DNA of 64,000 bases. It comes from Elusimicrobiota bacterium (GTDB lineage Bacteria > Elusimicrobiota > Elusimicrobia > F11). Below, in pieces: positions 19,501-27,694 of the stretch. The stretch is taken from positions 16,687 to 80,686 of the forward strand of contig JBJXGI010000056.1 of NCBI GenBank assembly GCA_046153645.1, given 5' to 3'. Each line of letters starts with the position of its first letter. The first letter of the stretch is position 1. The notes beneath the pieces were generated by a model that had not been told where the DNA came from, searched no databases, and saw nothing but the letters and a program-made list of their open reading frames with translations. The translations under genes were made by a program, and so were the position numbers.

Positions 19501-20968
19501 TTCTGAAAAATTAAAAAAAGCAGAACCGAAAAAACGTCCTGGTAAAGTTTCTGTAGAAATGTGGGCTTCATTACTTATTATAGGATCATTGACGGCGGGA
19601 GCCGTGTCTGGAATCGTGCCAATGAAAGTGATTGTCATTATATTCTCATCTGTTATTGCATTAGCTGTCATTAAACTTTTTTACTTGGGGTCTCGGAGAC
19701 TTATATTTGCTTTGACAATCATGGGATTGTTTGGGTTTGGCGGATTGGCTTTTAGTCAACCACCAGAAGTTTTACGATTTCTCAAAGAAAATGTGACAAA
19801 AGACAAAATCGAAGAACCAGCAAAAGAACCTAAAATAAAAAAAGAAGTCCCTGAAAAACAAAAAAAAGCCAAAAAAGCAGCGGTGGTTCCCAAAGATACT
19901 CCTGTTCCTGTAAAAGATGAAGAAGTAAATGAACCACCGGTCAAAACAAATGATTGGTGGCCAGCCATTTATATAGGTATTGGGGCTGTGGTTCTTGGGC
20001 TTTTAATTCGAATACTGACAAAACCCAAAAGTCTAAAATCAATATTGATTGCTTGGACGCTCTTGGGTTTTCCCGGCGTTGCCGCTGCGAGTACTGGGAG
20101 TTCTGTTGGTGTTTATTCTATGTCAGGAAGTTGGCCTTTTCTTTCAATTATTATCGCAGGTGGCATTGTTTTAGGGTTGGTGCTATTGACTATTGTCAAA
20201 AATAGGCGCCAGACTCCCGCGCAAAAGGTATCGAGAGGAATCCGAAATAAATATAAAGAGATAAATGCTGAAAACAAAACAGTTCAAAGAGTTCTTGAAG
20301 ATATTCAAGCTAAGGAAAATACAGGCCCTTCTTTGGGTCTAAGACAAAATATTCAACTGGTTGGAGCCACTGAAACGGAACAAAAGTATTTTCTTATTGC
20401 ATTGTGGTTCATGATTAAAAACAGAATTGGAAAAATATTTGGATCTGTTTCCGAAGCCTTATCTGATACGTTTAAGGCAACCCATCAACAGATGGTTGTT
20501 GTTCATGTCAACAATCAAAACGATCTTTCCAAACTTGATGAAGTCGTGTCTGCTGGATGGAGTTTTAAAAATGAAAATACATCGAATGTGATTGTCATTG
20601 GAGTTGTATTTGGGCCCGGTTTAAGTGAAGGGCTGAGAGATCAAGCAAAAGGGATAATAAGCAAAGCTCCCTTTGCTATTTCAATGGATGAATTAACTCC
20701 AGATAGTGAAAACAATTCGGTTTCTTACAACCAAGTGTTTCGGGCTTTTGCAGATCTTTTTTCTGAGGGGTCAAAAGAACGTCAATTATTACTGGATCTT
20801 GTGATAGATCAGGTTCAAAATAAAAAAGTTGTGGTTTTGGGTGATTCACAGATCATTTACACCGCAAGCGATAAATTACTCTCTATTCTTATTAGTTTAA
20901 TACCCGTTCAGGGCGGAATAATGATGATTGAGCTTCAAAGTGTTCTGGAAGCCGCTAAGAATGCTTAA
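16508..20968 (+). CDS. Large multi-segment membrane/exported protein of unknown function
   Basis: 1486-aa ORF with SD and N-terminal signal peptide. N-domain has HIQDVH...LEGA...GGFH motifs; several TM and signal-like segments follow. Confidence 0.85.
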   Translation: MKIMASFLAFVILFTHVLFAHSVETNLWTERQKSVRTQEEVKNTQLASLPAQFHSSSNVFNDLPSISKPLVSMERLMKDVPVGSENQYTSLIQSLLTPYGSIRKTTFPENQKQAKTIIHIQDVHLNDEAQQNIGKTLQSLIDQKKIDLVALEGAFGFMDFPAIRRFPFPDSTKAVADYLYKEKKISGAVYTAMTSVNEIPSFVGVDDVVHYNANVEAYKTSSLSYKGKKKQLEKMGLKINQQKNKVFNPELSRFDKEVQSYRQGKKDWGSYVQFLSEYQKDISTDVMIFLEALKQEVSLDFSKVESERVELLNQLVSTLSKNETTDLLGHSAAYKSGQIGHGDFYQYLKDLCHKKNVHLLNYKAMDAYIQYVLLSDGIQVDKILSEVASIEKSVYSSLAQTQEEEKIIQQEYALHLTQKLIDFSLTSEEWNDYSELKRSGIKFTSDNESESFSSFEKFYEEAKARDQVMSQNLIQEMDRLSAKVAVLVTGGFHSKGIDQELHKQGFTTITFTPKITKIEDDNGSSYLSVFSQEKTPLDKLFSGEKLFVTPKVMVDVPLAQLSQVLHHEASGTPSGQASRQGKSTKVTMVLDGFSKAILGITVTVGLGIFVAKYILTLSVPGYLQILIAAAVLLAFWNWRRPPPQSQSFSKGRRNFMLSGFALALFGSKTRAQDKKANPIRFGEAKPVDAKRQAYELSAAINKDRLKDFTDAEHVDIKVKPQLGLKDIRGLMVEFLGENNKVVFSGTVHKVQEKWLLYDGKEKLIEGIDIEVVEEKDGNIHFFFSQSKINPNKEEVSKVKINIGWRVGDIQIGLKTFTGTAVMSFLSNEELETFKKTLPKSLVREKIGPFGLDTVYGGGAETYFGRYALIPEKDIKNILNKNLDGNIFISMEFDDITKLNGFGFEIKTNLPGNKDIPVYKAKVLRDTKTGFFQGEPAAGVEIQVIGNRMILKIPTKIFNAGPNARADSFHIQTGIQQDNVRLNRENVIPKEITLETYVDSEKLKKAEPKKRPGKVSVEMWASLLIIGSLTAGAVSGIVPMKVIVIIFSSVIALAVIKLFYLGSRRLIFALTIMGLFGFGGLAFSQPPEVLRFLKENVTKDKIEEPAKEPKIKKEVPEKQKKAKKAAVVPKDTPVPVKDEEVNEPPVKTNDWWPAIYIGIGAVVLGLLIRILTKPKSLKSILIAWTLLGFPGVAAASTGSSVGVYSMSGSWPFLSIIIAGGIVLGLVLLTIVKNRRQTPAQKVSRGIRNKYKEINAENKTVQRVLEDIQAKENTGPSLGLRQNIQLVGATETEQKYFLIALWFMIKNRIGKIFGSVSEALSDTFKATHQQMVVVHVNNQNDLSKLDEVVSAGWSFKNENTSNVIVIGVVFGPGLSEGLRDQAKGIISKAPFAISMDELTPDSENNSVSYNQVFRAFADLFSEGSKERQLLLDLVIDQVQNKKVVVLGDSQIIYTASDKLLSILISLIPVQGGIMMIELQSVLEAAKNA

Positions 20969-21024
20969 GGTCGTTAATTTAAAAAACAGAGAAATTTATG
21001 CAATAACCAAGCCTTCTTTTTATA

Positions 21025-21056
21025 TTGACTAAATGTATATAATAATATACATTTAG
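21025..21056 (+). promoter_or_regulatory. Promoter with overlapping palindromic operator
   Basis: TTGACT (21025-21030), 17 bp, TACATT (21048-21053). IR CTAAATGTATAT-N4-ATATACATTTAG (21029-21056). Confidence 0.75.
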
Positions 21057-21059
21057 ACT

Positions 21060-21554
21060 ATGTCTTTTGGGTTTCAATTGTTATCGTGGCGGCGTCACCG
21101 CCAGTGGACACAAGCGCAACTCGCTGAAAAAGTGGGGACGCCTCGCCCTTATCTCTCCCGGCTCGAAATGGATCAGGTTGACCCTTCTCTTTCATTGGTG
21201 CGCCGTATCGCTATTTCTTTGGGAATTACTTTGGTGCAATTGTTGGAAACGTTGCCGCCACACCAAACTTTATCCAATGCGGAATTAGATCTGGCTGCTC
21301 GCCAAGCGCTGCAGCCGGGTCTTGTCTCTGATTCCACTCCTCCCTATGTTGGCGCATTATCACGTTTGTTAAAAGATCGTCGTGCCGCCATTCACGCTCG
21401 AAAAAGTAACAATAGAAAGAAAAGAAACCCCAATACCGGCATCCATGCTTTACGCCGCCTGCGCGCGGATTTAGGAGAACAGCAATGGCAGGCCTTATTG
21501 CAGCGGGTTGATAAGCATTCGCCCTTTATAGGAAAAAATTCCCATGAAGATTAA
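21060..21554 (+). CDS. XRE-family HTH regulator / putative antitoxin
   Basis: WTQAQLAEKVGTPRPYLSRLE...PSLSLVRRIA HTH_3 pattern; overlaps next gene. Confidence 0.85.
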   Translation: MSFGFQLLSWRRHRQWTQAQLAEKVGTPRPYLSRLEMDQVDPSLSLVRRIAISLGITLVQLLETLPPHQTLSNAELDLAARQALQPGLVSDSTPPYVGALSRLLKDRRAAIHARKSNNRKKRNPNTGIHALRRLRADLGEQQWQALLQRVDKHSPFIGKNSHED

Positions 21555-22167
21555 AGATATCGATGGCTTTTTCGCGGCCTTAGATCAGCGGGCCCAAGTC
21601 CCGTTAAAAGTGATTATTACGGGAGGGGCGGCTGCCATTATTTTTGGAGGATCCCGGGCCACGCAAGACATTGATTTCGAAATTCAATTTAAGGTGAAAG
21701 CGTCTAAGAAAAAAAACGATCAGTGGGCTGAAATACAACACCATTTAAATGAAGTGGTGCGGTTAACACAAATTGTCGCGCAATATTCTGATGACATTGA
21801 CCGGTGGTCATCCATTCCAATGCCTAGTAAAAAAAGTAAAAGGTATAAAAAAATCGGAAAAATTGAAGTTCATATTTTGGACGTGGGTTTGTGGTGTATT
21901 GGAAAGTTAACGCGCTATTTGGCGACTGATATAGAGGATTTAACACAGGTTCTAACTCTGGTTAAAAGAAATGCTGTTTCCTTGGCAAAACTGTGGGGTC
22001 AAGCGTTAGGAATAAGCGCGCCATCTCCCGCTCAAACGAACTTCCGTCGAAACGTCTATAATTTCTTCGATACCTCTACGGAAAAGATATGGGGGGGGAA
22101 AGCTGATTCAGAAAAGTTAAAGAAGATCTTTCTGATCGCAGCTACTTCTTCGCGGCGTTCTTCATAA
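21544..22167 (+). CDS. Nucleotidyltransferase (DUF6036/AbiEii-like), putative toxin
   Basis: IITGGAA...RATQDIDF motif and later K..R...D.ED. Confidence 0.75.
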   Translation: MKIKDIDGFFAALDQRAQVPLKVIITGGAAAIIFGGSRATQDIDFEIQFKVKASKKKNDQWAEIQHHLNEVVRLTQIVAQYSDDIDRWSSIPMPSKKSKRYKKIGKIEVHILDVGLWCIGKLTRYLATDIEDLTQVLTLVKRNAVSLAKLWGQALGISAPSPAQTNFRRNVYNFFDTSTEKIWGGKADSEKLKKIFLIAATSSRRSS

Positions 22168-22341
22168 CTTCGCTTAAGATAGGATGAGCAAGCTTTACGG
22201 AGCTTGAATCTGCCAAAGAATTTCTACAATAAGCAAAAATTTCATAGCGCTTTTTCTTAAATTGAGTTATATTCTTTTCATTCCGTGACGGAAATATCCG
22301 AATACACGGACGTTCACAACACACTTTCCCCAGGAGGAAAC

Positions 22342-22599
22342 ATGGCTCGCAAGATTAATAAAGCATTTATGAAACCACTTCAACCTTCAGCTCAGTTGGC
22401 TGAAATCGTTGGCAGCAAACCCCTTCCCAGAACTGAAGTAACCAAAAAACTCTGGCTCTACATCAAAAAGCACAAATTACAGGATGCGAAAAACCGAAGA
22501 AACATCAATGCTGACGAAGCCTTGAAACCAATCTTCGCTCCTAAAAAACAAGTGAGCATGTTTGACATGACCAAGTTGATCAGCAAACACTTGAAATAA
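22342..22599 (+). CDS. Stand-alone SWIB/MDM2 domain protein
   Basis: SD AGGAGG before ATG 22342; LAEIVG..PLPRTEVTKKLWLYIKKHKLQD..NRR.INAD...VSMFDMTKLISKHL. Confidence 0.92.
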   Translation: MARKINKAFMKPLQPSAQLAEIVGSKPLPRTEVTKKLWLYIKKHKLQDAKNRRNINADEALKPIFAPKKQVSMFDMTKLISKHLK

Positions 22600-22620
22600 G
22601 TTTCCACCATTTGTAAAGAA

Positions 22621-22656
22621 AAAGCCTCTCTTGATTCTTCAAGAGGGGCTTTTTTT
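22621..22656 (+). terminator. Rho-independent terminator
   Basis: AAAGCCTCTCTTGA-TTCT-TCAAGAGGGGCTTT followed by T run. Confidence 0.9.
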
Positions 22657-22713
22657 GTCTTCACCAGAATTTAATTTGACATGCGCAATATTTTTTTAGT
22701 ACTTTAGTCTGGA

Positions 22714-22851
22714 TTTGAAAATAACATAGGTGTTATCTTCAAAAAACAATGGCGTTCGAACCTTTCGGGTCGAATGCTTTTTTTTTGTCTTTTAATTGTG
22801 CCAATGAAGGCGCTCATCCACCAGGAGTGTGGGGTTGAGCGCTTTTTTTTT
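22714..22851 (+). promoter_or_regulatory. ANTAR-type antitermination leader with two intrinsic terminators
   Basis: Hexaloop hairpins ATAAC-ATAGGT-GTTAT (22721-22736), AAC-AATGGC-GTT (22745-22756), GCC-AATGAA-GGC (22800-22811), all with A1/G4. The last two overlap the 5' arms of terminators 22752-22786 and 22807-22851. TTGACA at 22676. Confidence 0.8.
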
Positions 22852-22872
22852 GTAATTACAGGGGAATAAAGG

Positions 22873-25308
22873 ATGGAACGGAAACATTTAGTTGTTATTG
22901 GAAATGGAATGGCTGGGATGGCCTGTCTTGACCAAATCCTCCAAAAAAAACCTTTTTTAACGATTACCGTTATAGGGGAAGAACCCCATTATAACTATAA
23001 CCGTATTCTTCTCTCCTCGGTTTTAGCAGGAGAAAAAGCCTTCGATGATATTTTCATTAATACCAAAGAGTGGTATGAACAAAATCAAATTGAGCTTCTT
23101 CTTAATACCAAAGTACTTGATGTTAATTCCAAACAAAAAACCATCACAACTTCAAACAATCAAATAATTCCTTATGACATGCTTTTGTTGGCAACGGGAA
23201 GTAACCCGTTCATTCCTCCGATTGAGGATGTTAAAAAAGAAGGTGTTTTCGTTTTTAGAAATATTTCGGATACACAAAGAATGATCGAAATGGCCAAACA
23301 ATCCAAAAAAGCGGTCGTGATTGGAGGGGGATTGTTGGGGTTGGAAGCAGCTCGCGGATTGCAATCACATGGACCTGAAGTGACGGTGGTTCATAACAGT
23401 GATGTCCTTATGAATGCCCAGTTAGATAAAGTGGGAAGTCAATTCTTAAAAAGAGAAATTGAAAAGATCGGGATTCAAATTTTTCTTGGAAAGGTGAGTG
23501 AGAAATTTTTAGGAAATGGAAAAGTAGAAGGGGTTCAATTTAAAGATGGCAGTCGATTAGAAGCCGATATGGTCGTCATTTCCTGTGGTATTCGCCCGAA
23601 TATTGAGTTAGGGGTTAAAGCGGGACTTGAGGTCAACAGAGGAATTTTGGTTAATGATTTTATGGAAACCAGCGATCCCTCTATTTTTGCCGTTGGTGAA
23701 TGTGTTGAGCATAGAGGGGTTACTTATGGTCTTGTTGCTCCTCTTTACGATCAAGGTCGAGTTTTAGCCAATACTCTCACCGGTGACAAAGGCCCCGTTT
23801 ATGAAGGCTCAACGCCAGCGGCAAAACTCAAAGTGATGGGTATTGAGCTTTTTTCAGCCGGCACCATGAATCCTTCCGGTGAAAATATTGATGCGATTAC
23901 TTATGAAGACCACATTGAAGGGCTCTACAAAAAAGTACTGCTAAAAAACAATGAAATTATTGGAACAATTCTTATTGGTGATTCAAAAGATGCCAATCGA
24001 TTTTTAGAGCGAATGAGAAAAAAAGAAAAGATTGGTCGAAAACATAACCTATTGTTTGAACTCCCTGCTGAAATCGGATCTAAAGACGATGTCATGGCCC
24101 GCCCTGATACCGATATTATTTGTGGTTGTATTGGTGTTTCCAAAGGGCAAATGATGGAAGCGGTTCGAGAAAAAGGGTGTAAAAGTGTATCTGATATGAA
24201 GGCTTGCACAAAAGCGACTTCTGGTTGTGGCACTTGTACGGGACTTGTTAAAGATATTTTAAAGGCCATGGTGGGCACAGAATTAAAAGAAGAAAAAAAA
24301 GAAACAGTCTGTGCTTGCATTCCCTTTTCTAAGGTACAACTAAGAACGATTATTCAAACTCAGAAACTAAAGTCAGTTCAAGATTTATTGGATATTTATG
24401 GCAATGGCACCGGTTGTTCATCTTGTAAACCGGCCTTAGCCTTTATTGTGGATGAAGCCCTTATGGGAGAACATGAAGAAGATCGATCAACAAGATATAT
24501 CAATGATCGAGTTCATGCGAATATTCAGAAAGACGGAACATTTTCCGTTATCCCCAGAATGAGAGGTGGCGTGACCTCTTCTGATGAATTACGAAAAATT
24601 GCTGATGCCGCAGATAAATATAAGGTCAAGATGGTGAAAGTCACTGGGAGTCAACGAATTGATTTATTGGGAGTGAAAAAAGAAGATCTTCCTAAGATGT
24701 GGGCTGATTTAGGAATGCCATCAGGGCACGCCTATGCGAAAGCGGTTCGAATGGTTAAGTCTTGTGTGGGCACCGATTTTTGTCGTTTTGGGACCCAAAA
24801 TTCTATTGAGACGGGAATCCATCTTGAGAAAATGTTGGAAGGTTTATACACCCCGGCCAAAGTGAAATTGGGAGTCGTTGGATGTCCGCGCAATTGCGCT
24901 GAGGCCACTGTTAAAGATATTGGGCTCGTTGGAATTGAGGGAGGGTGGCAAGTGGTCATTGGAGGGGCCGCGGGGAAAATAGTGCGAGAGGCGGATATCT
25001 TGTCAACTGTGCAAACCACGGATGACGCCTACGAAGCCGTTTGTTTGTTTTTTCAGTTTTATAGAGAAAATGGTGAATATTTAGAAAGAACTTACGATTT
25101 TGTTGAAAGAGTGGGTTTAAAAAAAATCAGGGAGGAAACCGTATTGGCCTCTTCGGAAAATAAAAAAGCATTGTTAGATCGGTTAGCGAAATCAAAAGAA
25201 AAAGTTGTGGATCCTTGGGCAGTAGAAGCGTCTCGTCCTATTCATCCAACTCAATTTAGTGATTTTGTTTTACCGAAAGACAAAGAGGCCTTGGTGAATG
25301 TGAAATGA
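22873..25308 (+). CDS. nirB: NAD(P)H-dependent assimilatory nitrite reductase large subunit
   Basis: VIGNGMAG, GGGLLGLE, two BFD-like Cys clusters, HANIQKDGT, KSCVG..FC, GCPRNC siroheme/FeS ligands. Confidence 0.96.
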   Translation: MERKHLVVIGNGMAGMACLDQILQKKPFLTITVIGEEPHYNYNRILLSSVLAGEKAFDDIFINTKEWYEQNQIELLLNTKVLDVNSKQKTITTSNNQIIPYDMLLLATGSNPFIPPIEDVKKEGVFVFRNISDTQRMIEMAKQSKKAVVIGGGLLGLEAARGLQSHGPEVTVVHNSDVLMNAQLDKVGSQFLKREIEKIGIQIFLGKVSEKFLGNGKVEGVQFKDGSRLEADMVVISCGIRPNIELGVKAGLEVNRGILVNDFMETSDPSIFAVGECVEHRGVTYGLVAPLYDQGRVLANTLTGDKGPVYEGSTPAAKLKVMGIELFSAGTMNPSGENIDAITYEDHIEGLYKKVLLKNNEIIGTILIGDSKDANRFLERMRKKEKIGRKHNLLFELPAEIGSKDDVMARPDTDIICGCIGVSKGQMMEAVREKGCKSVSDMKACTKATSGCGTCTGLVKDILKAMVGTELKEEKKETVCACIPFSKVQLRTIIQTQKLKSVQDLLDIYGNGTGCSSCKPALAFIVDEALMGEHEEDRSTRYINDRVHANIQKDGTFSVIPRMRGGVTSSDELRKIADAADKYKVKMVKVTGSQRIDLLGVKKEDLPKMWADLGMPSGHAYAKAVRMVKSCVGTDFCRFGTQNSIETGIHLEKMLEGLYTPAKVKLGVVGCPRNCAEATVKDIGLVGIEGGWQVVIGGAAGKIVREADILSTVQTTDDAYEAVCLFFQFYRENGEYLERTYDFVERVGLKKIREETVLASSENKKALLDRLAKSKEKVVDPWAVEASRPIHPTQFSDFVLPKDKEALVNVK

Positions 25309-26030
25309 GTGAAATAATAAATAAGAATATTCATTGGGTTCCTGTCGCTAATAAAAACTTAATTCCGAAAAACGAAGGGAGAAAAGTTATTTGGGGGAAA
25401 AAAAAGATCGCAATTTTTAATTTGGGGGATGAGTTTTTGGCTGTTGATAACCAATGCCCTCATAAACAAGGGCCATTGGCTGACGGAATTACAGCCGGAA
25501 AAGCGGTGTATTGCCCCCTTCATAATTGGAAAATAGATTTAAAAACGGGATGTACCTTGGCAGGGGGAGAAGGGAAAGTGAAATCCTATCCCGTCATGAT
25601 CAAGGGGTCTGATATTTACATCGGTTTTGAAACCGTGGAGAAGGATATTCAAATGAAAGAAATCTTGGCGATTATTCGACCTAATAAGTGGGGAGAAACC
25701 AAAAAAAAGTTGACCGAAATAGGTGTTAATGCCTTTACTCAAAGAAGAGTTTATGGAAGAGGAAAACAAAAGGGCCTGACCTATCGAGCCAATAAAAATG
25801 AAGGGCCCTCTTCTCAAACCGGGATTCAATTTATTCCTAAAAGAATGATTTTAATTGTTGTCCCTGAATCACAAGTTAAATTGGTTGTGAATGGTCTTAT
25901 TGAAGTAAATCAAACAGGGGCTATTGGAGACGGAAAGATTTTTATTTCTCAAATGAATGAGGTTATTTTAATTCGCACTGGTGAAAAAGAAAATCAAATA
26001 AAAGAGATTGAAGAAGAGGTGATGATATGA
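25305..26030 (+). CDS. nirD: Fusion: NirD-like Rieske subunit plus PII (NifI2-like) domain
   Basis: CPHKQGPL...CPLHNW Rieske motif, then in frame from Met117 (25653) MKEILAIIRPNK...GRGKQKG...PKRMI...TGAIGDGKIFI. Confidence 0.9.
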   Translation: MSEIINKNIHWVPVANKNLIPKNEGRKVIWGKKKIAIFNLGDEFLAVDNQCPHKQGPLADGITAGKAVYCPLHNWKIDLKTGCTLAGGEGKVKSYPVMIKGSDIYIGFETVEKDIQMKEILAIIRPNKWGETKKKLTEIGVNAFTQRRVYGRGKQKGLTYRANKNEGPSSQTGIQFIPKRMILIVVPESQVKLVVNGLIEVNQTGAIGDGKIFISQMNEVILIRTGEKENQIKEIEEEVMI

Positions 26031-26344
26031 AAATGATTCGAGCCATTGTAAGACCGGAAAAAGAAGAAGCCGTGGTCAAGTCACTAGATGAAGCAGGTTT
26101 TCCTTCCATTACCAAGTTTGATGTATTAGGGCGTGGAAAACAAAAAGGGATTCAAATTGCTAATTCCGTTTATGATGAACTGGCTAAAAGTTTTTTGATG
26201 TTAGTTGTCGATGATAGCGCACTTCCGAGAGCTGTAGAAGCCATTCAATCAGGAGCTCGCACGGGTAATTTCGGTGATGGGAAAATTTTTGTCACTGATG
26301 TTGCAGCCGCTTATACCATTCGTACTGGAAAAGAAGGACTTTAA
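26027..26344 (+). CDS. PII-family regulator, NifI1-like
   Basis: MKMIRAIVRPEK...GFPSITKFDVLGRGKQKG...YDELAK...TGNFGDGKIFV...YTIRTG; short T-loop. Confidence 0.9.
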   Translation: MKMIRAIVRPEKEEAVVKSLDEAGFPSITKFDVLGRGKQKGIQIANSVYDELAKSFLMLVVDDSALPRAVEAIQSGARTGNFGDGKIFVTDVAAAYTIRTGKEGL

Positions 26345-26361
26345 CTAAAAAAGGAGAAAAT

Positions 26362-27678
26362 ATGCTGAAAGGTAAAAATCTGATCAGGGGGATTTGGTTT
26401 GCTTTCATTGTAGTGTCGTTGGGCGTTGTCCAAACGTGGGCTGATATCACCTTTAGCGGTGAATTCCGGCTTCGCCCCGAATATAAAAAAAATGCCGATT
26501 TTAATAAGGCAACCAAAGACACGCAATCATTTGTAGGTTCCAGATTACGTATTTCTGGGGCTGGTTTAGCGGCAGAAGATATTGCAGTTAAAGTTACTTT
26601 TCAAGATACACGTAATTGGGGTGAGGAACCAGGTTCTGGTGCGGTTAATGGCCTTACAGATAGTGGTGAGGCTATTGATATCCATGAAGGATTCGTTGAT
26701 TTTCAGAATTTTTTAAAAACGCCCTTTTCATTTCGAGCGGGAAGACAAGAATTGTCTTTTGGTGATCAAAGACTGATTGGGTCTTTTGGGTGGAATAATC
26801 AAGGCAGAGCCTTCGATGCTTTTCGATTGATGTATGTTGGAAACCAGTTTATGGTTGATGCGTGGACAGCCAAGAGAAAAGAAAATAATGCAACCACAGC
26901 GGGTGTTCCTTCTAACGATCGAGATTTTTCGGGTATATATGGGACAATGAAACCTGTTTTTCCTGGAGCTTTATTAGACGTCTATTTTCTTCATGACAGA
27001 GAAGGGGATACCACCGGTAATGCAGAGCCAAAAAATGTTTACACGTATGGACTGCGACTTTCTGGTAAAAATGGTTTCATCGATTACACGGTGGAAGCGC
27101 CATTTCAATTCGGACAGAATGGTACAGTTGTTGGCGTTTCATCTGATTCAGTTAAAATTTCGGCAAACGCATTGGCTGCTAAAGTCGGTTTTACAATCCC
27201 TGGAGATAAAGAAATAAGATTCGGGACTGAATATGATTATGCTTCTGGCGATGATAATTTGTCAGATACCAAAGCCAAAACATTCAATAATTTGTACCCC
27301 ACCAATCATCTTTTTTATGGATATATGGACTATCAAGGATGGAGAAATCTAAGTGCTTGGAATGCAAATTTAAGTTTCAAACCTCAAAGGCCTTGGTTCC
27401 TTTCAATTCATTACTGGGTTTTCAATTTAGCTGAGGAGAAAGATGGCTGGTATAACGCCGCTGGCACGGCTTCAGGTTCTTTACGTGCTGCCTCTAGTGC
27501 CAATACGGAAAAAAATATTGGGCAAGAAATAGATTTATTGGCTCGATTTACTCAAAGCTCTCGTGTTATTTGGGAGTTTGGTTATAGCCGTTTTTTTGCT
27601 GGAGACTTAATAGATCAAAGAGTTGCCAATGACTCTGCTTCTGACTGGGCATATGTTATGAGCACCATTAAATTTTAA
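26362..27678 (+). CDS. Alginate-export-family outer-membrane beta-barrel porin
   Basis: Signal peptide, GEFRLRPE, GRQEL.FGDQRLIG, FDA, ASGD, YPTNH, GQEIDL, terminal Phe. Confidence 0.8.
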   Translation: MLKGKNLIRGIWFAFIVVSLGVVQTWADITFSGEFRLRPEYKKNADFNKATKDTQSFVGSRLRISGAGLAAEDIAVKVTFQDTRNWGEEPGSGAVNGLTDSGEAIDIHEGFVDFQNFLKTPFSFRAGRQELSFGDQRLIGSFGWNNQGRAFDAFRLMYVGNQFMVDAWTAKRKENNATTAGVPSNDRDFSGIYGTMKPVFPGALLDVYFLHDREGDTTGNAEPKNVYTYGLRLSGKNGFIDYTVEAPFQFGQNGTVVGVSSDSVKISANALAAKVGFTIPGDKEIRFGTEYDYASGDDNLSDTKAKTFNNLYPTNHLFYGYMDYQGWRNLSAWNANLSFKPQRPWFLSIHYWVFNLAEEKDGWYNAAGTASGSLRAASSANTEKNIGQEIDLLARFTQSSRVIWEFGYSRFFAGDLIDQRVANDSASDWAYVMSTIKF

Positions 27679-27694
27679 TTCAAAGGAGAAAAAC

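Noticed and set aside
25653..26344. NifI-like genes as evidence of nitrogen fixation
   Set aside because: No nifH/D/K/E/N/B in the window; context is nitrate/nitrite assimilation.
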